A program made the position numbers and the translations under genes. This document shows, one piece after another, positions 1-9,786 of a stretch of DNA of 64,000 nucleotides (its first letter is position 1; each line of letters starts with the position of its first letter). Under the pieces are notes generated by a model, which did no database searches, had not been told where the DNA came from, and worked only from the letters and a program-made list of their open reading frames with translations. Origin of the DNA: Candidatus Obscuribacterales bacterium (GTDB lineage Bacteria > Cyanobacteriota > Vampirovibrionia > Obscuribacterales > Obscuribacteraceae); the NCBI GenBank assembly GCA_965228855.1, contig CBDDIJ010000002.1, positions 928,001-992,000 of the forward strand, given 5' to 3'.

Positions 1-979
1 CGATCAGGAAGTAGTAAAACACCGGCTCAACTGACTTGTCGCCCATCACGGGAATCGGCGAAGACTCGAGCGCGTTGACACGCGCGAAGCACTTCTCGAG
101 GTCCGCCTGACTTTCCGCGCGAAACACCTCGCCGCCGGCATCGCGGCAGAGGCGCTCCAGGCTCAGTTCGCCCTTGCCGATTTTCTCGCCGACGCCAATG
201 ACGTAGACCTTCATGCGAGCATCATCGATGACCTTGTTCAAGCGCTTCATCACATCGGCGTCCATCTCATTCTCACCGTCGGTGATCAGGATGAGCACTC
301 GAGTAGAAGACTTGCCCTTAAGATCGAAGTGCTCTCTCGCTTTGTCGAACGGACCCGGTATCGTGGTACCGAAATTGGTGCCCACGCCAAGTTGCTGCGC
401 GCCCTTACCCTTTGGTAAGAAGCTGCTGTGGCGTGTGATTTGCTTCAGATCGCGATCCAGCGGCCAACGCAGCTCGGGCTTGTGGTCGAACAGGATGAGC
501 CCGATGTGGTCGCCGGTGTTGGCTGCCTGTCGCGTTTCTGCGAAGGTGACGATCGCGTCCTGGGCGGCGTCGATCCGGCGAAACGGTTTCGGCTCACCCG
601 TTTCGTCCGTTGAGCTCGGTTCGATCTTCTTGCCGGCGTTGGGATCGTACCAGGCGTCGAGCGCGCGCACCTTGCGTTCGCCTTTGTAAGGCTCCGCCAT
701 CGAAGCGGACCAGTCCAGCGCCAAGATGATGTCGCGTCCTTGCACGACCGTCGTCGTCTTCTCGTTGACGCGAATCACGGGTTCGCAGAGTGCCACCGCT
801 GCCAGTGCCACGGCGAGCGTCATGAGCGCACGCGGTAGCGCGGCGAGAGCGACTCCGGATGCCGTAGTCTTGTGGACGCCGCCTGCCGAGACACGGATGC
901 GAGCCGCGTTTCTTGCCAGGTAGAGCACGGGCACCACCGCCAGTACCGCCAACATCCAGGTGAGGTTAACGAAACTCAT
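1..979 (-). CDS. VWA-domain protein, BatA-like (partial, runs off window start)
   Basis: Manual translation from ATG at 979: MSFVNLTWMLAVLAVVPVLYL... with N-terminal TM helices, then IILALDWSASM (MIDAS DxSxS). ATGA overlap with the DUF58 stop codon. Confidence 0.85.
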   Translation of the reverse strand, partial: MSFVNLTWMLAVLAVVPVLYLARNAARIRVSAGGVHKTTASGVALAALPRALMTLAVALAAVALCEPVIRVNEKTTTVVQGRDIILALDWSASMAEPYKGERKVRALDAWYDPNAGKKIEPSSTDETGEPKPFRRIDAAQDAIVTFAETRQAANTGDHIGLILFDHKPELRWPLDRDLKQITRHSSFLPKGKGAQQLGVGTNFGTTIPGPFDKAREHFDLKGKSSTRVLILITDGENEMDADVMKRLNKVIDDARMKVYVIGVGEKIGKGELSLERLCRDAGGEVFRAESQADLEKCFARVNALESSPIPVMGDKSVEPVFYYFLI

Positions 980-1944
980 TGCTGTGCTCCTTCCTGTTTG
1001 AGGTCCAGGCAGCGGCGCCCACCAGAGAGAATTCGGGTGAGCTGGCTCCGCCGCGTTTCGTGCGAGTCTTCCGTGCGCATCGCCGCGAACTTGCAGTTGA
1101 GTTCTGCCAGTTGGCGGAAACGCTCGGTTTCCTGGTCGATGAAACGTTTGCTGTGTGCGGCGCGAGCACGCCTGGTCGTGCAGATCACGCTGGTCGAGCC
1201 ATTGTCATCGACCACGGGGTAGAAACCGGGGATGGGCAGGAACGGAATCAGCCGTTCGGTGGGCAGCTCGCGTTCGCGCAAGTCCGACACGGAGAGAAAC
1301 ACGATCTCGTGGCGAGACCCCATCAGTCTGAGCATCTCACGGTCTTCGGCTGTGAAGTGGTGCAGGTCGGTGACTACGAAGACAAGAGAGCGATTGGGCG
1401 GTAAGCGCCGAAGCGCGCATGCTAAGCCGCTTGTTCCCTTGTCGAGATACGCAGACTCCTGAGTGTCCAGCACCGCAGTTGGTGCCATTGTTGTGAGCTG
1501 ATGTGCGCCGCGCTTGCCGAAGTAGCGCTTGACACCTCGCTCGTCGTAGGTCGCGAAGACGGCGGTGTCGTTGGTGCGTGTCGCCGAGCGCAGCACGGAC
1601 TTGGTGATTACGGCCGCGAGTTCCCGCTTGGAGAGTCCGACCGAGCACATATCCATGCTGCGCGACACGTCAACGAGAACGCAAACGCACGCGTTGCGTT
1701 CCTCCTCCAACAGGGTAATGACCGGCCGTTCCGGCCGCCGCGCCAGCATCTTCCAGTTGATGCGGCTGACCTTGTCGCCTTCCTGGTAATCGCGGAAGTC
1801 GCAGTAGTCGCGACCGTTTCCGCGATACGGGCTGAGGCGCACACCTTCGTGGTGCTGCGTGGAGAGCCAGCCGATCTGGATAAAGCACTCGACTGTCAGC
1901 ACGTTGAGCCTTCGCAGCTGTTCGCTCACCGAGGTGATGTTCAT
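976..1944 (-). CDS. DUF58 family protein
   Basis: DFRDYQEGD..INWK..AR and LVDVSRSM motifs; lies between MoxR and VWA genes. Confidence 0.9.
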   Translation of the reverse strand: MNITSVSEQLRRLNVLTVECFIQIGWLSTQHHEGVRLSPYRGNGRDYCDFRDYQEGDKVSRINWKMLARRPERPVITLLEEERNACVCVLVDVSRSMDMCSVGLSKRELAAVITKSVLRSATRTNDTAVFATYDERGVKRYFGKRGAHQLTTMAPTAVLDTQESAYLDKGTSGLACALRRLPPNRSLVFVVTDLHHFTAEDREMLRLMGSRHEIVFLSVSDLRERELPTERLIPFLPIPGFYPVVDDNGSTSVICTTRRARAAHSKRFIDQETERFRQLAELNCKFAAMRTEDSHETRRSQLTRILSGGRRCLDLKQEGAQQ

Positions 1945-2044
1945 GGTTTACTCCCTGAAAGCCTGACAAGAAATAGAGGAGGCGCGATCACGATGACCGC
2001 GCCTTCCTGCGCTCAAGTCAGGCTCGGGAGTTACCCGTCCTGAC

Positions 2045-3046
2045 TCAGTCCTGGTTGACGACTTTGACGGCTCCGAGGAGCGTCTGAATCACCTGGTCCG
2101 GCTTGACGCCGTGGAGCAGCCGCTCCTCGGTGAGGTAGAGCCGGTGGCGCAGCACCGCCGGGACGAAGAACTTGATGTCGTCCGGCGTGATGTACGTCCG
2201 CGCGTTCATATAGGCGCGGGCGCGGCTGAGGCGCAGAAGCCATTGACCGGCGCGCACCGACACACCGGCCTTAAAGGTCCCCTTCAGGTCCGCGTGCAGC
2301 AGCTCAGCCACCTCCGGTCGCGTCGCGTGGATGAGCTCCTCGACATACGCGACGATGGAGCGGCTGCAGTGCACGCCCTCCAGCTCCTTGCGGATGGAGG
2401 GGATGTCGGTTACCGAAGTGACGCCCTTGAGCGCGGGGTCGAGCCCGTGCCGGTTGAACGCCGTCTTGGCCAGGACGTCGAGCTCCAGCTCCTTGGGCAG
2501 CCGGTCATAGTACAGTTCGACGGCGAACCGGTCGAGCTGCGCCGCCGGCAGCGGATAGGTGCCTTCGAGGTCGATGGGGTTGCGCGTGGCGAGGAGCATG
2601 AAAACTTCGTGCAGCGACTTCACGCCGCGCGGAGTGCTGATCTGCCCTTCCTCCATCGCCTGCAGCAGCGCCGATTGCGTTTTCGGCGTGGTGCGGTTGA
2701 TTTCGTCTGCGTGGAAAAGGTTGACGGTCGGATTGAGCGGCCCGTAGCGAAAACGGAACTTGCTCTTCTCCTTGATGTACACGTTGGTGCCGAGCAGATC
2801 CGCGGGCATCGTGTCGGGAACGAGCTGCTCCCGATGGTAGGTCGCATCACCGATGCACCACGCCACCGCGCGCATGGTGAGCGTCTTGGCCGTGCCGGGT
2901 TCGCCGAGCGCCGAGACGTGTCCGCCGGCGAGCAGAGTGCAGATGATGGTTTCAATCTGGTCGCGGTAGCCGAGGACCGAGGCGTTGAGCGCGTCGCTCA
3001 GAGCCTTGACCCTGGTGCGACCGTTAGTCTGAAGAATCGTAGTCAT
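2045..3046 (-). CDS. moxR: MoxR family AAA+ ATPase
   Basis: GEPGTAKT Walker A, ADEINR Walker B, QSALLQAMEE, NPIDLEGTYPLP.AQLDRF, VLRHRL. Confidence 0.93.
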   Translation of the reverse strand: MTTILQTNGRTRVKALSDALNASVLGYRDQIETIICTLLAGGHVSALGEPGTAKTLTMRAVAWCIGDATYHREQLVPDTMPADLLGTNVYIKEKSKFRFRYGPLNPTVNLFHADEINRTTPKTQSALLQAMEEGQISTPRGVKSLHEVFMLLATRNPIDLEGTYPLPAAQLDRFAVELYYDRLPKELELDVLAKTAFNRHGLDPALKGVTSVTDIPSIRKELEGVHCSRSIVAYVEELIHATRPEVAELLHADLKGTFKAGVSVRAGQWLLRLSRARAYMNARTYITPDDIKFFVPAVLRHRLYLTEERLLHGVKPDQVIQTLLGAVKVVNQD

Positions 3047-3429
3047 CGTACGGTTCCTTGTGAAGCGACTCGCTGAACGAGTCTATGCCTTGAAAAGAAA
3101 ACGTGGCTGAAGAGCCTGTCTTTCCGTTCAGCAACATGCTGAAGGAAGCTTGACGGTATTGCATTGAACTACTGCTAACTTTGCTTGTTTGCAGTTCTCC
3201 TGGTTTGAGGTTTAAACGGTTCGAATTGGTTTAATCGTGACTAAAATTAAGTCCCCTGACAATGGCTTTTAGCCATAGTTTATTAATAATCAGGTGCGTT
3301 CTGTTTTGGTGTCTGGCGACAATATCGATAGTGTCACATGCGGTGCCCGGCTAGACACTTTTATAGTTTTCTATTTTGCCCGAGAGCAATATCAGTTTCT
3401 TGAACTGCATTAATTGACCCGAAAGATTT

Positions 3430-3664
3430 GCTACTATATTAGACAGGATGTGCGAAATCCGGCACGTTCGACCAGGGCCGGATCGTCGGCACTCCTTCCT
3501 GTTGGTCCGCTGTTTTGTCTATGCTGGAATGACGGATTTTGCTAAAAGCGGCAACGTATCGTAGACAAAAGCTTTTTCAGAGCGCTTGTAGCTTGGGGTG
3601 ATTGCTCAAGAGTGGGTGGGGAACGGGGTTTTGTTATCCATGTGATACGGAAGTATATAGTAGC
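3430..3664. repeat. Dispersed intergenic repeat copy with 10-bp terminal inverted repeats
   Basis: GCTACTATAT (3430-3439) and ATATAGTAGC (3655-3664). The core ATGACGGATTTTGCTAAAAGCGGCAACGTATCGTAGACA resembles cores at about 17745 and 59452 (reverse strand). Confidence 0.7.
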
Positions 3665-3674
3665 GATGGTCTTT

Positions 3675-3706
3675 AAAAGAGCGACTGCCCAAGCCGGGCA
3701 GCCGCT
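3675..3706 (-). terminator. Putative intrinsic terminator
   Basis: AGCGACTGCCC/GGGCAGCCGCT stem followed by a short T-run on the minus strand, just after the 3734 stop codon. Confidence 0.55.
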
Positions 3707-3733
3707 TAATTCAGGTGGTCAGCGCTCTACGTT

Positions 3734-4552
3734 TTACGCGGCGATGAAACCGCGGGCGACCAGCGCGGCGCGCAGGGTCTGCGCGTCGTCGATCGAGGCG
3801 ATGCTCACGAGAGCCGGGTCGACAGCGACTTCGTCGCCGTTGGACAGGTCCTTGACCTTGAGCGTGCCGGCCTCGAACTGCGTGATGAATTCGTCGGTCT
3901 TGCGACCGCTGCCGCGCACGAGGATGAGCGGAATCTTGCGTTCGGCCGCCCAGACCAGTTCCTTCCAGGTGGCGCCGCCGCCGTTGAAGCCGAACACGGC
4001 GCAGTTGACGTCCTGCTCCTGCCACTTCTGCATGAGCCCCAGGTACGGGAGGACGTCCTTCGCCCAGTCGACTTCGTCGGTCGGGATGTCGACGGCGTCT
4101 TTCTGGATGACCACGGCGCGGTCCTGGCGGAAGTCGAGCCGATCGTGGTCGGTCACGAGCAGGCCGCCGAAGTCGCGATCGAGCGTCATCTGGGTGGTGC
4201 GTGGCGTGGTCGACATGGCGTACACCCCGTAAGCGCCCTTGAGCAGGCTCGGAATGTAGGTGATGGCGAAGCCGGTGGTTTCGCGGACGGTGCGCTTGGC
4301 GGTTTCGTCGAAGCGGTCCTCGGTCGCGATGGTGCCGCCGGAGAAGGCGACGATCTTGCCGATGCCCTTGTGGGACGTCAGGATGTAGCCGGGCATTGCG
4401 GCTTTCAGTTCGTCGGACAGACCAGCGCAGCCGCCCGCGTAACGGATGACCTTGCGCTCGTTGCCCGGCAGGAACGGTGCGTTGATGAAGTTGGCGTTGA
4501 ACGCCTGACCGTCCGAGACCACGTCGAAAGCGCAGCCGGTTTGGTTTTCCAT
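3734..4552 (-). CDS. SLOG superfamily (LSDAT/TRPM-SLOG-like) protein
   Basis: AGGCAG, FSGGT and FNGGGATWKEL...IPLILVRGSGRKTDE match the SLOG pattern NGG..E...(V)xGSGRxAD. Confidence 0.6.
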   Translation of the reverse strand: MENQTGCAFDVVSDGQAFNANFINAPFLPGNERKVIRYAGGCAGLSDELKAAMPGYILTSHKGIGKIVAFSGGTIATEDRFDETAKRTVRETTGFAITYIPSLLKGAYGVYAMSTTPRTTQMTLDRDFGGLLVTDHDRLDFRQDRAVVIQKDAVDIPTDEVDWAKDVLPYLGLMQKWQEQDVNCAVFGFNGGGATWKELVWAAERKIPLILVRGSGRKTDEFITQFEAGTLKVKDLSNGDEVAVDPALVSIASIDDAQTLRAALVARGFIAA

Positions 4553-4699
4553 ATGGAATTCTCCAGTGAGTTTTTGAGTCGTTGGTCTTCAGCGCGTCCT
4601 TAGACTCTGTTCGGGACGTACTGTTTCGGGTGGTCTCGCGTGAGCGAACACCACGAAGATGAGCCTCTTGAGTCAGTCAGGCTGAGCCCTAGGACCGAC

Positions 4700-5569
4700 T
4701 CAGGCGACTCGTCGAAGCGGAATTATCTTGCCGCTGTCACCGCCGCTGGCAGTGACCGGTACAAGCGCATCGAGCTTGTAGAGCGTTTCGTTGATGTGTT
4801 CGACGTCGTTCTCGGCGACGAACACACCGGGGTGCTCCTTCAGGAATGCCTGGTCTTCCGCGTATTTGTCCGCGATGCGACCGGATTCCTTGATGAGTAG
4901 AACGTTCCACCGCCCCGGGTCCTGACGTCCGGCGTTCGCCCAGAACTTGAGCTCGCGTTCGGAAACCGACCCGCCGTTGTAGACGACGAGAAGGCTCTTC
5001 CAGTTGCGCTCGTGCAGTGTGCGAATGTAGCGGGCGCATTCCTTCCACTCGTCGTCCCAGATCTCTTCGTTGTTCGGCTCCGGTTCGACCAGAAGCACAG
5101 AACGAAGGTCCGGATGGACGGTAGTGATCACGCCCTTCTTGGGCTGGATGTCGAGGATATTTTTGCCGACCAGTCCGCTTTCATTGCTGACGAGCAACTG
5201 GCGAAAGCCGGGTACGATGCCGAGCATAACCAGCCCGGGCAAATGTTGCGCTATCGAAGGGAATATCTCAGTGATACCGGGCACGACTTGTTTGGGGTCG
5301 TGAATGGAAACCATCTGAGTTCCGCCGAACAGCGCAAAACCTTCAAAGCGGGGCAGCTCGTTGCCGCCCTTAAAACCGCGCAGCGCGTCGGCGAGATTGC
5401 GCATGCCGATGGCGTCGGCGGCTGTCATGTCTGCACAGCCGCCAGTCAATCGGAGTACGAACGGACGAGCCGCCTGCTCCGAAAAGCTTAACGCGAAATC
5501 GACGGACGTTTTTCTGCCGATCTGGAAGTGGAGCGATTGCGCGCTTCTCTGCAATTCTTTGTAGTCCAC
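4700..5569 (-). CDS. SLOG superfamily protein, paralog of the adjacent gene
   Basis: TGGCAD, LFGGT and VYNGGSVSEREL...LLIKESGRIADK. Start placed at GTG 5569 behind AGGAGG. Confidence 0.6.
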   Translation of the reverse strand: MDYKELQRSAQSLHFQIGRKTSVDFALSFSEQAARPFVLRLTGGCADMTAADAIGMRNLADALRGFKGGNELPRFEGFALFGGTQMVSIHDPKQVVPGITEIFPSIAQHLPGLVMLGIVPGFRQLLVSNESGLVGKNILDIQPKKGVITTVHPDLRSVLLVEPEPNNEEIWDDEWKECARYIRTLHERNWKSLLVVYNGGSVSERELKFWANAGRQDPGRWNVLLIKESGRIADKYAEDQAFLKEHPGVFVAENDVEHINETLYKLDALVPVTASGGDSGKIIPLRRVA

Positions 5570-5653
5570 AAAAAGACCTCCTTTCTGGCCTGTGCCACCG
5601 GAGGTGGTGCGGGCGTTTTGGTTTTTGCACCTCAACGCCCGCAACGTCGGCGG

Positions 5654-7570
5654 TTACTTCTGCTCGATAACCGGTGCGGTCGGCTGTTCACCGGCGCGCT
5701 TGTCCAGTTCCGGGCAACGGAAGGTATTGACGGCGGTTTCCTCGCCGCCGGTGTCGAGGTAGGTGAACGAGACTTCGTCGCCTTCCTTGACGAGCGGGAT
5801 GCGCAAGTAAGCGTCACGAGTCACGAGGAACGTGTGCTTCTGACCTTCGATGATGAACATGTACGTCGGGGCGCCGCCGAGCTGCGAGGACGGCAGCTGC
5901 GCGATGCGGATGATCTTGCCCGTGATTTCCATGCTCTGCTTCGCGGTCTGCGAAATCGATTCGCCACCCTGACCGCGGCGCGCGAGCTGAGTCGCGTAGA
6001 GCCGCAGCGCAGTCGCCTTATCGGTCGCGTAGATCACATCGGCAGCGTCCTGCGAGTGCGCGTGCAGCATGCCGATGCCACCGAACGACTTGCCGATGCT
6101 CTGGGGCGATGCGTAGATCGCGACCCAGGTCAGCTCGCCGTAGATGTTGTACAGCTGCACGGATTCGACCGGATAGTGCTTGATGTTGTCGCGAGCGTTG
6201 ATCATCGTCTCGTCGACCGAGGCGGGCTCGTTGAAGCCCTTGATACCGGGGTAGAATGTGCCCTGGTTCTTGCCGGTCTCGAAGACCAGCACGCCGATGA
6301 CTGTGTGGTCGCCCGAGTTGGTCGAGGTCATGGGCACGACCCAGACGTTGTGCTCGTCCTTGGTGTAGGCGAGTTGAAGGTCGGCGACCTGCATGGTGCC
6401 CGTCCGGTTGATGCCGAACACGACGTTCCAGTGGTTGGCGCGGGCGTACTCGCCGCCGTACATGCCCCAGTCGTTCGCCCATTCCTTGACGAGGTCGTCG
6501 GAGACGATGCGGTCGACCCAATTGGGCTTGTCGGCCACTTCGAACTCGCTAATCACAGGCGTCGCCGTCGAGACGTCGACAGCGATCACCTTCTCGAGCG
6601 TGCGTCCGGACATGCCACCGAAGGCCCGGTGGACGTAGCTGATCGTGTAGTGCGGCTTCCAGTCGTCGTCGACCTCGAAGAGGGGCTCTTCGAGCAGACC
6701 GTGGCTGTAGCCGTTTGTGTACGCGAAACGCAGCAGGTTCATCGACCATTGCTCGGTCGTGAACAGGCTGATCTGGAAGCCGGTCTTCAGCCAGGCATCC
6801 TTGCCCGGGTTTTCGGCGTCAACGACGACGTAGCCCGGCGAGGTCGCCCGTCCGCCGAAGAGAGGCGTCCAGAATGTGTCGCCCGAGTTGACCGGACGCA
6901 GGGGCGCGATCCAGTAGCGGTGACCATTCACGTATTGCAACGTGTAGGTCTCGGGGTCGATGCCGTAGCGGCTGGCGATGCCGGATTCGGTCGAGAGGGC
7001 GGTCTGACCCTTGAACACGGCGATCGGCTTGTGGACAAGCACCATGCGATCCGGGTCGGTCGGCGGGATCTTCTCCTCCGGACCGGCGATGCGGATGTTC
7101 GGAAGACTCGCATGGCGAGCAGCATTTTCCGGACCCCACGCGTTGAAACCGTATTGAGCGATCGGCACGAAGATCATCGCCAGGGCGAAACCAATGGCGG
7201 TGAACAGCGAGAGCCGGCTGGCATAAGCGTACAGCAGCGATAGCACGAGGGCCGGCGTGAGCGCGAAGGCAAGTACCGGCCAGTAGCCGAAGAAGCTGCC
7301 CTGGAAGGAAGGCTGGACGTAGTACATCAGGAAACGTACCCCGAACAGCGCAATCGGGAAGGTCAGGATCGAGGCGGCCAGAAAGCGAGCTTTCTTGGCG
7401 CCGTATTCCGGGATGTCCAGGAACTTCTCGAACAGACTGCGCTTGCGATTGGAGTCGCGATAGCGGCTGTTCTCCTGAGGTTTGCCCGTTTGGGCAATCA
7501 GGCCGGAGATCACTGCGGCGATCAGCGCCCACAGCAAGGCGAACGGCCAGAATTCAGAGCTGAAAAACAT
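5654..7570 (-). CDS. Hypothetical membrane protein (about 4 N-terminal TM helices, large soluble domain)
   Basis: Long ORF with strong GC3 bias and hydrophobic N-terminus. Start chosen at MFFSSEF (7570). Confidence 0.75.
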   Translation of the reverse strand: MFFSSEFWPFALLWALIAAVISGLIAQTGKPQENSRYRDSNRKRSLFEKFLDIPEYGAKKARFLAASILTFPIALFGVRFLMYYVQPSFQGSFFGYWPVLAFALTPALVLSLLYAYASRLSLFTAIGFALAMIFVPIAQYGFNAWGPENAARHASLPNIRIAGPEEKIPPTDPDRMVLVHKPIAVFKGQTALSTESGIASRYGIDPETYTLQYVNGHRYWIAPLRPVNSGDTFWTPLFGGRATSPGYVVVDAENPGKDAWLKTGFQISLFTTEQWSMNLLRFAYTNGYSHGLLEEPLFEVDDDWKPHYTISYVHRAFGGMSGRTLEKVIAVDVSTATPVISEFEVADKPNWVDRIVSDDLVKEWANDWGMYGGEYARANHWNVVFGINRTGTMQVADLQLAYTKDEHNVWVVPMTSTNSGDHTVIGVLVFETGKNQGTFYPGIKGFNEPASVDETMINARDNIKHYPVESVQLYNIYGELTWVAIYASPQSIGKSFGGIGMLHAHSQDAADVIYATDKATALRLYATQLARRGQGGESISQTAKQSMEITGKIIRIAQLPSSQLGGAPTYMFIIEGQKHTFLVTRDAYLRIPLVKEGDEVSFTYLDTGGEETAVNTFRCPELDKRAGEQPTAPVIEQK

Positions 7571-7796
7571 AGCTTTGTTTCCGTGTTTTAGGGGCGCTTT
7601 GCAGGAAGCGCCGTTTCTTTTCTCGATCGACGCGCGGGTGAAACAGTCACCACGCGCGGTGCCAGAGGCTCGCGGAACAGTCCGCGTCTGCAAGCCCCAT
7701 TTCGGCATGAGCACCATCCGGTCTAAGCCGGAAAGAAATCGGAAGGGCTCAAGACCTTTGCAGTCGAGAACCCTCCGAGTCAAGCGAGCAACTCGC

Positions 7797-8003
7797 TCAG
7801 TGAATCAAAGCGAGAAGGAGCCCGAAGATGAGCGCGGAAATAAGACAGACGGCGCCGCCTCCGACCAGCCAGAACACCGAGAGGAGCGTCCGCGGGATTG
7901 CGGAGAAGCCCTCTTTCTTCGGAGCCAGCCAATTGGAAACGGGCTTCGTCGTCAACATTCCGATGATTGAAATCACCAAACCAACGATGAGGAACGCGTT
8001 CAT
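7797..8003 (-). CDS. Small 2-TM membrane protein
   Basis: 68 aa with two hydrophobic segments, in operon orientation. Confidence 0.6.
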   Translation of the reverse strand: MNAFLIVGLVISIIGMLTTKPVSNWLAPKKEGFSAIPRTLLSVFWLVGGGAVCLISALIFGLLLALIH

Positions 8004-8210
8004 GATTGAATTTCTTTCCAGCCGCCTACTTCTGGCGAGCTGTGTTTATGCTACTTGGGTCTTGGTTGAGACGAACTCACGGAGCGCCCCGACTTTCGTC
8101 GAAGACGCCCCGTGAGGCTGTGGTGTCGAGCAGGTGCTGACGAAATCGCGATGCGAGACCGCTCACGACTCCGCCATCACCTGTGGTGCGGTCGAAACCG
8201 CTGGCGACGC

Positions 8211-8843
8211 TTACTTGCCGCCGGGGATCTGCATGGGTTCGTCGGTGCCGGTCTCGTACGCCTTCTTGGTATCCGAGGTCAGCACGATGATGTACATCTG
8301 GTCGAGAGCCTGCTGGCCGGACTTGACGTTGGAGCCGATGCGCGCCTTGAGGGCGTCGGACGGGAAGAACTTGCCGAGGAAGAAGGACTTGATCAGCCCT
8401 TCCTGGCGCCAGAGGTCGTAGGCGCGCAGCATGTCGATCAGCTTGGACTGCTTCTGCTTGTACGCTTCACGGCCGGCGCGAACGAAGTCGACGATGCGGT
8501 CGTAGAGGTCGAGCTGACCCTTGAGGTCCGGGTAGGCTTCGGTGATCGCCGAGAACATAGCGCCGCCGGTGCCGGGTTCCATCTTGCCCTCGTAGCGGCC
8601 CTTGACGGCGTCTTCGAGGATCTGGTCGAGCTTGTCCGACTTCAGATTGGCGACGCCGATCTGCTCGTAGAAGCTGGACTTGAAGGCCGACAGCTCGTTC
8701 TGGTTGTCCAGATACTGAGCCGACAGCGAGGTCTCCATGCGAATGCCTTCGTTGCGCGTGGAGTTGACGTAGCCGTAGAGGCTGAAGATGCCGATGACGG
8801 CAGCGACGATCACGCCGATGCCGATGAGAAGACCTTTGCTCAT
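8211..8843 (-). CDS. LemA-like protein, copy A
   Basis: N-terminal TM followed by a helical domain with EAYPDLK, similar to the LemA E.YPxLK motif; AGGAG RBS. Confidence 0.65.
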   Translation of the reverse strand: MSKGLLIGIGVIVAAVIGIFSLYGYVNSTRNEGIRMETSLSAQYLDNQNELSAFKSSFYEQIGVANLKSDKLDQILEDAVKGRYEGKMEPGTGGAMFSAITEAYPDLKGQLDLYDRIVDFVRAGREAYKQKQSKLIDMLRAYDLWRQEGLIKSFFLGKFFPSDALKARIGSNVKSGQQALDQMYIIVLTSDTKKAYETGTDEPMQIPGGK

Positions 8844-9051
8844 GTGTATTTTCTCCTGTTGGTTCGCGTGGCGAACCGAGTTTGGAAAGTTGAGAGACAC
8901 GAGCGGTTTCAAACCGCCCTGGAAACGAACAGCGAAACTGACTTCAGCTGTGAGATACGCAGCACCCGCGGTGCAAAACCGCGGGCGCTGGTATCGGATA
9001 CGCCACCACTAGAAGGCGTTGCCGCCGTTCGCGTGGTGGCGCCGGCGACGC

Positions 9052-9684
9052 TTACTTGCCGCCGGGGACCTTCATGGGCTCGTCGGTGCCGGTCTCGTAC
9101 GCCTTCTTGGTGTCCGAGGTCAGCACGATGATGTACATCTGGTCGAGAGCCTGCTGGCCGGACTGGACGTTCGAGCCGATGCGGGCCTTGAGCGCCTGCG
9201 ACGGGAAGAACTTGCCGAGGAAGAAGGACTTGATCAGCCCTTCCTGGCGCCAGAGGTCGTAGGCGCGCAGCATGTCGATCAGCTTGGACTGCTTCTGCTT
9301 GTACGCTTCACGACCGGCGCGAACGAAGTCGACGATGCGGTCGTAGAGGTCGAGCTGACCCTTGAGGTCCGGGTAGGCTTCGGTGATCGCCGAGAACATG
9401 GCGCCGCCGGTGCCGGGTTCCATCTTGCCCTCGTAGCGACCCTTGACGGCGTCTTCGAGGATCTGGTCGAGCTTGTCCGACTTCAGATTGGCGACGCCGA
9501 TCTGTTCGTAGAAGCTGGACTTGAAGGCCGACAGCTCGTTCTGGTTGTCCAGATACTGAGCCGACAGCGAGGTCTCCATGCGAATGCCTTCGTTGCGCGT
9601 GGAGTTGACGTAGCCGTAGAGGCTGAAGATGCCGATGACGGCAGCGACGATCACGCCGATGCCGATGAGAAGACCCTTGCTCAT
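9052..9684 (-). CDS. LemA-like protein, copy B
   Basis: 210 aa, differs from copy A at 4 residues; AGGAG RBS. Confidence 0.65.
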   Translation of the reverse strand: MSKGLLIGIGVIVAAVIGIFSLYGYVNSTRNEGIRMETSLSAQYLDNQNELSAFKSSFYEQIGVANLKSDKLDQILEDAVKGRYEGKMEPGTGGAMFSAITEAYPDLKGQLDLYDRIVDFVRAGREAYKQKQSKLIDMLRAYDLWRQEGLIKSFFLGKFFPSQALKARIGSNVQSGQQALDQMYIIVLTSDTKKAYETGTDEPMKVPGGK

Positions 9685-9786
9685 GATTGATTCTCCTGTT
9701 TCTAACTCTGAGTTGAGATGGTTGAGGATTGAACAGAACGAAACGCAGCCGGCGGCGCTTGCCGACCGGCTTTCAACGTTTCGCGT

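Larger units (their letters stand above)
8203..9685. repeat. Tandem gene duplication, about 640 bp direct repeat, offset 841 bp
   Basis: 8203-8844 and 9044-9685 are near-identical. Confidence 0.95.

Noticed and set aside
5528..7243. Long plus-strand ORFs (also 2111-3076, 9973-11202, 12009-13223, 19475-20674, 51428-53149, 62313-63470)
   Set aside because: Antisense shadows of GC3-biased genes, with no recognisable motifs.
8211..9684. Duplicated gene as a DGR template/variable pair
   Set aside because: It is a whole-gene duplication with both copies intact, and the differences are not adenine-restricted.
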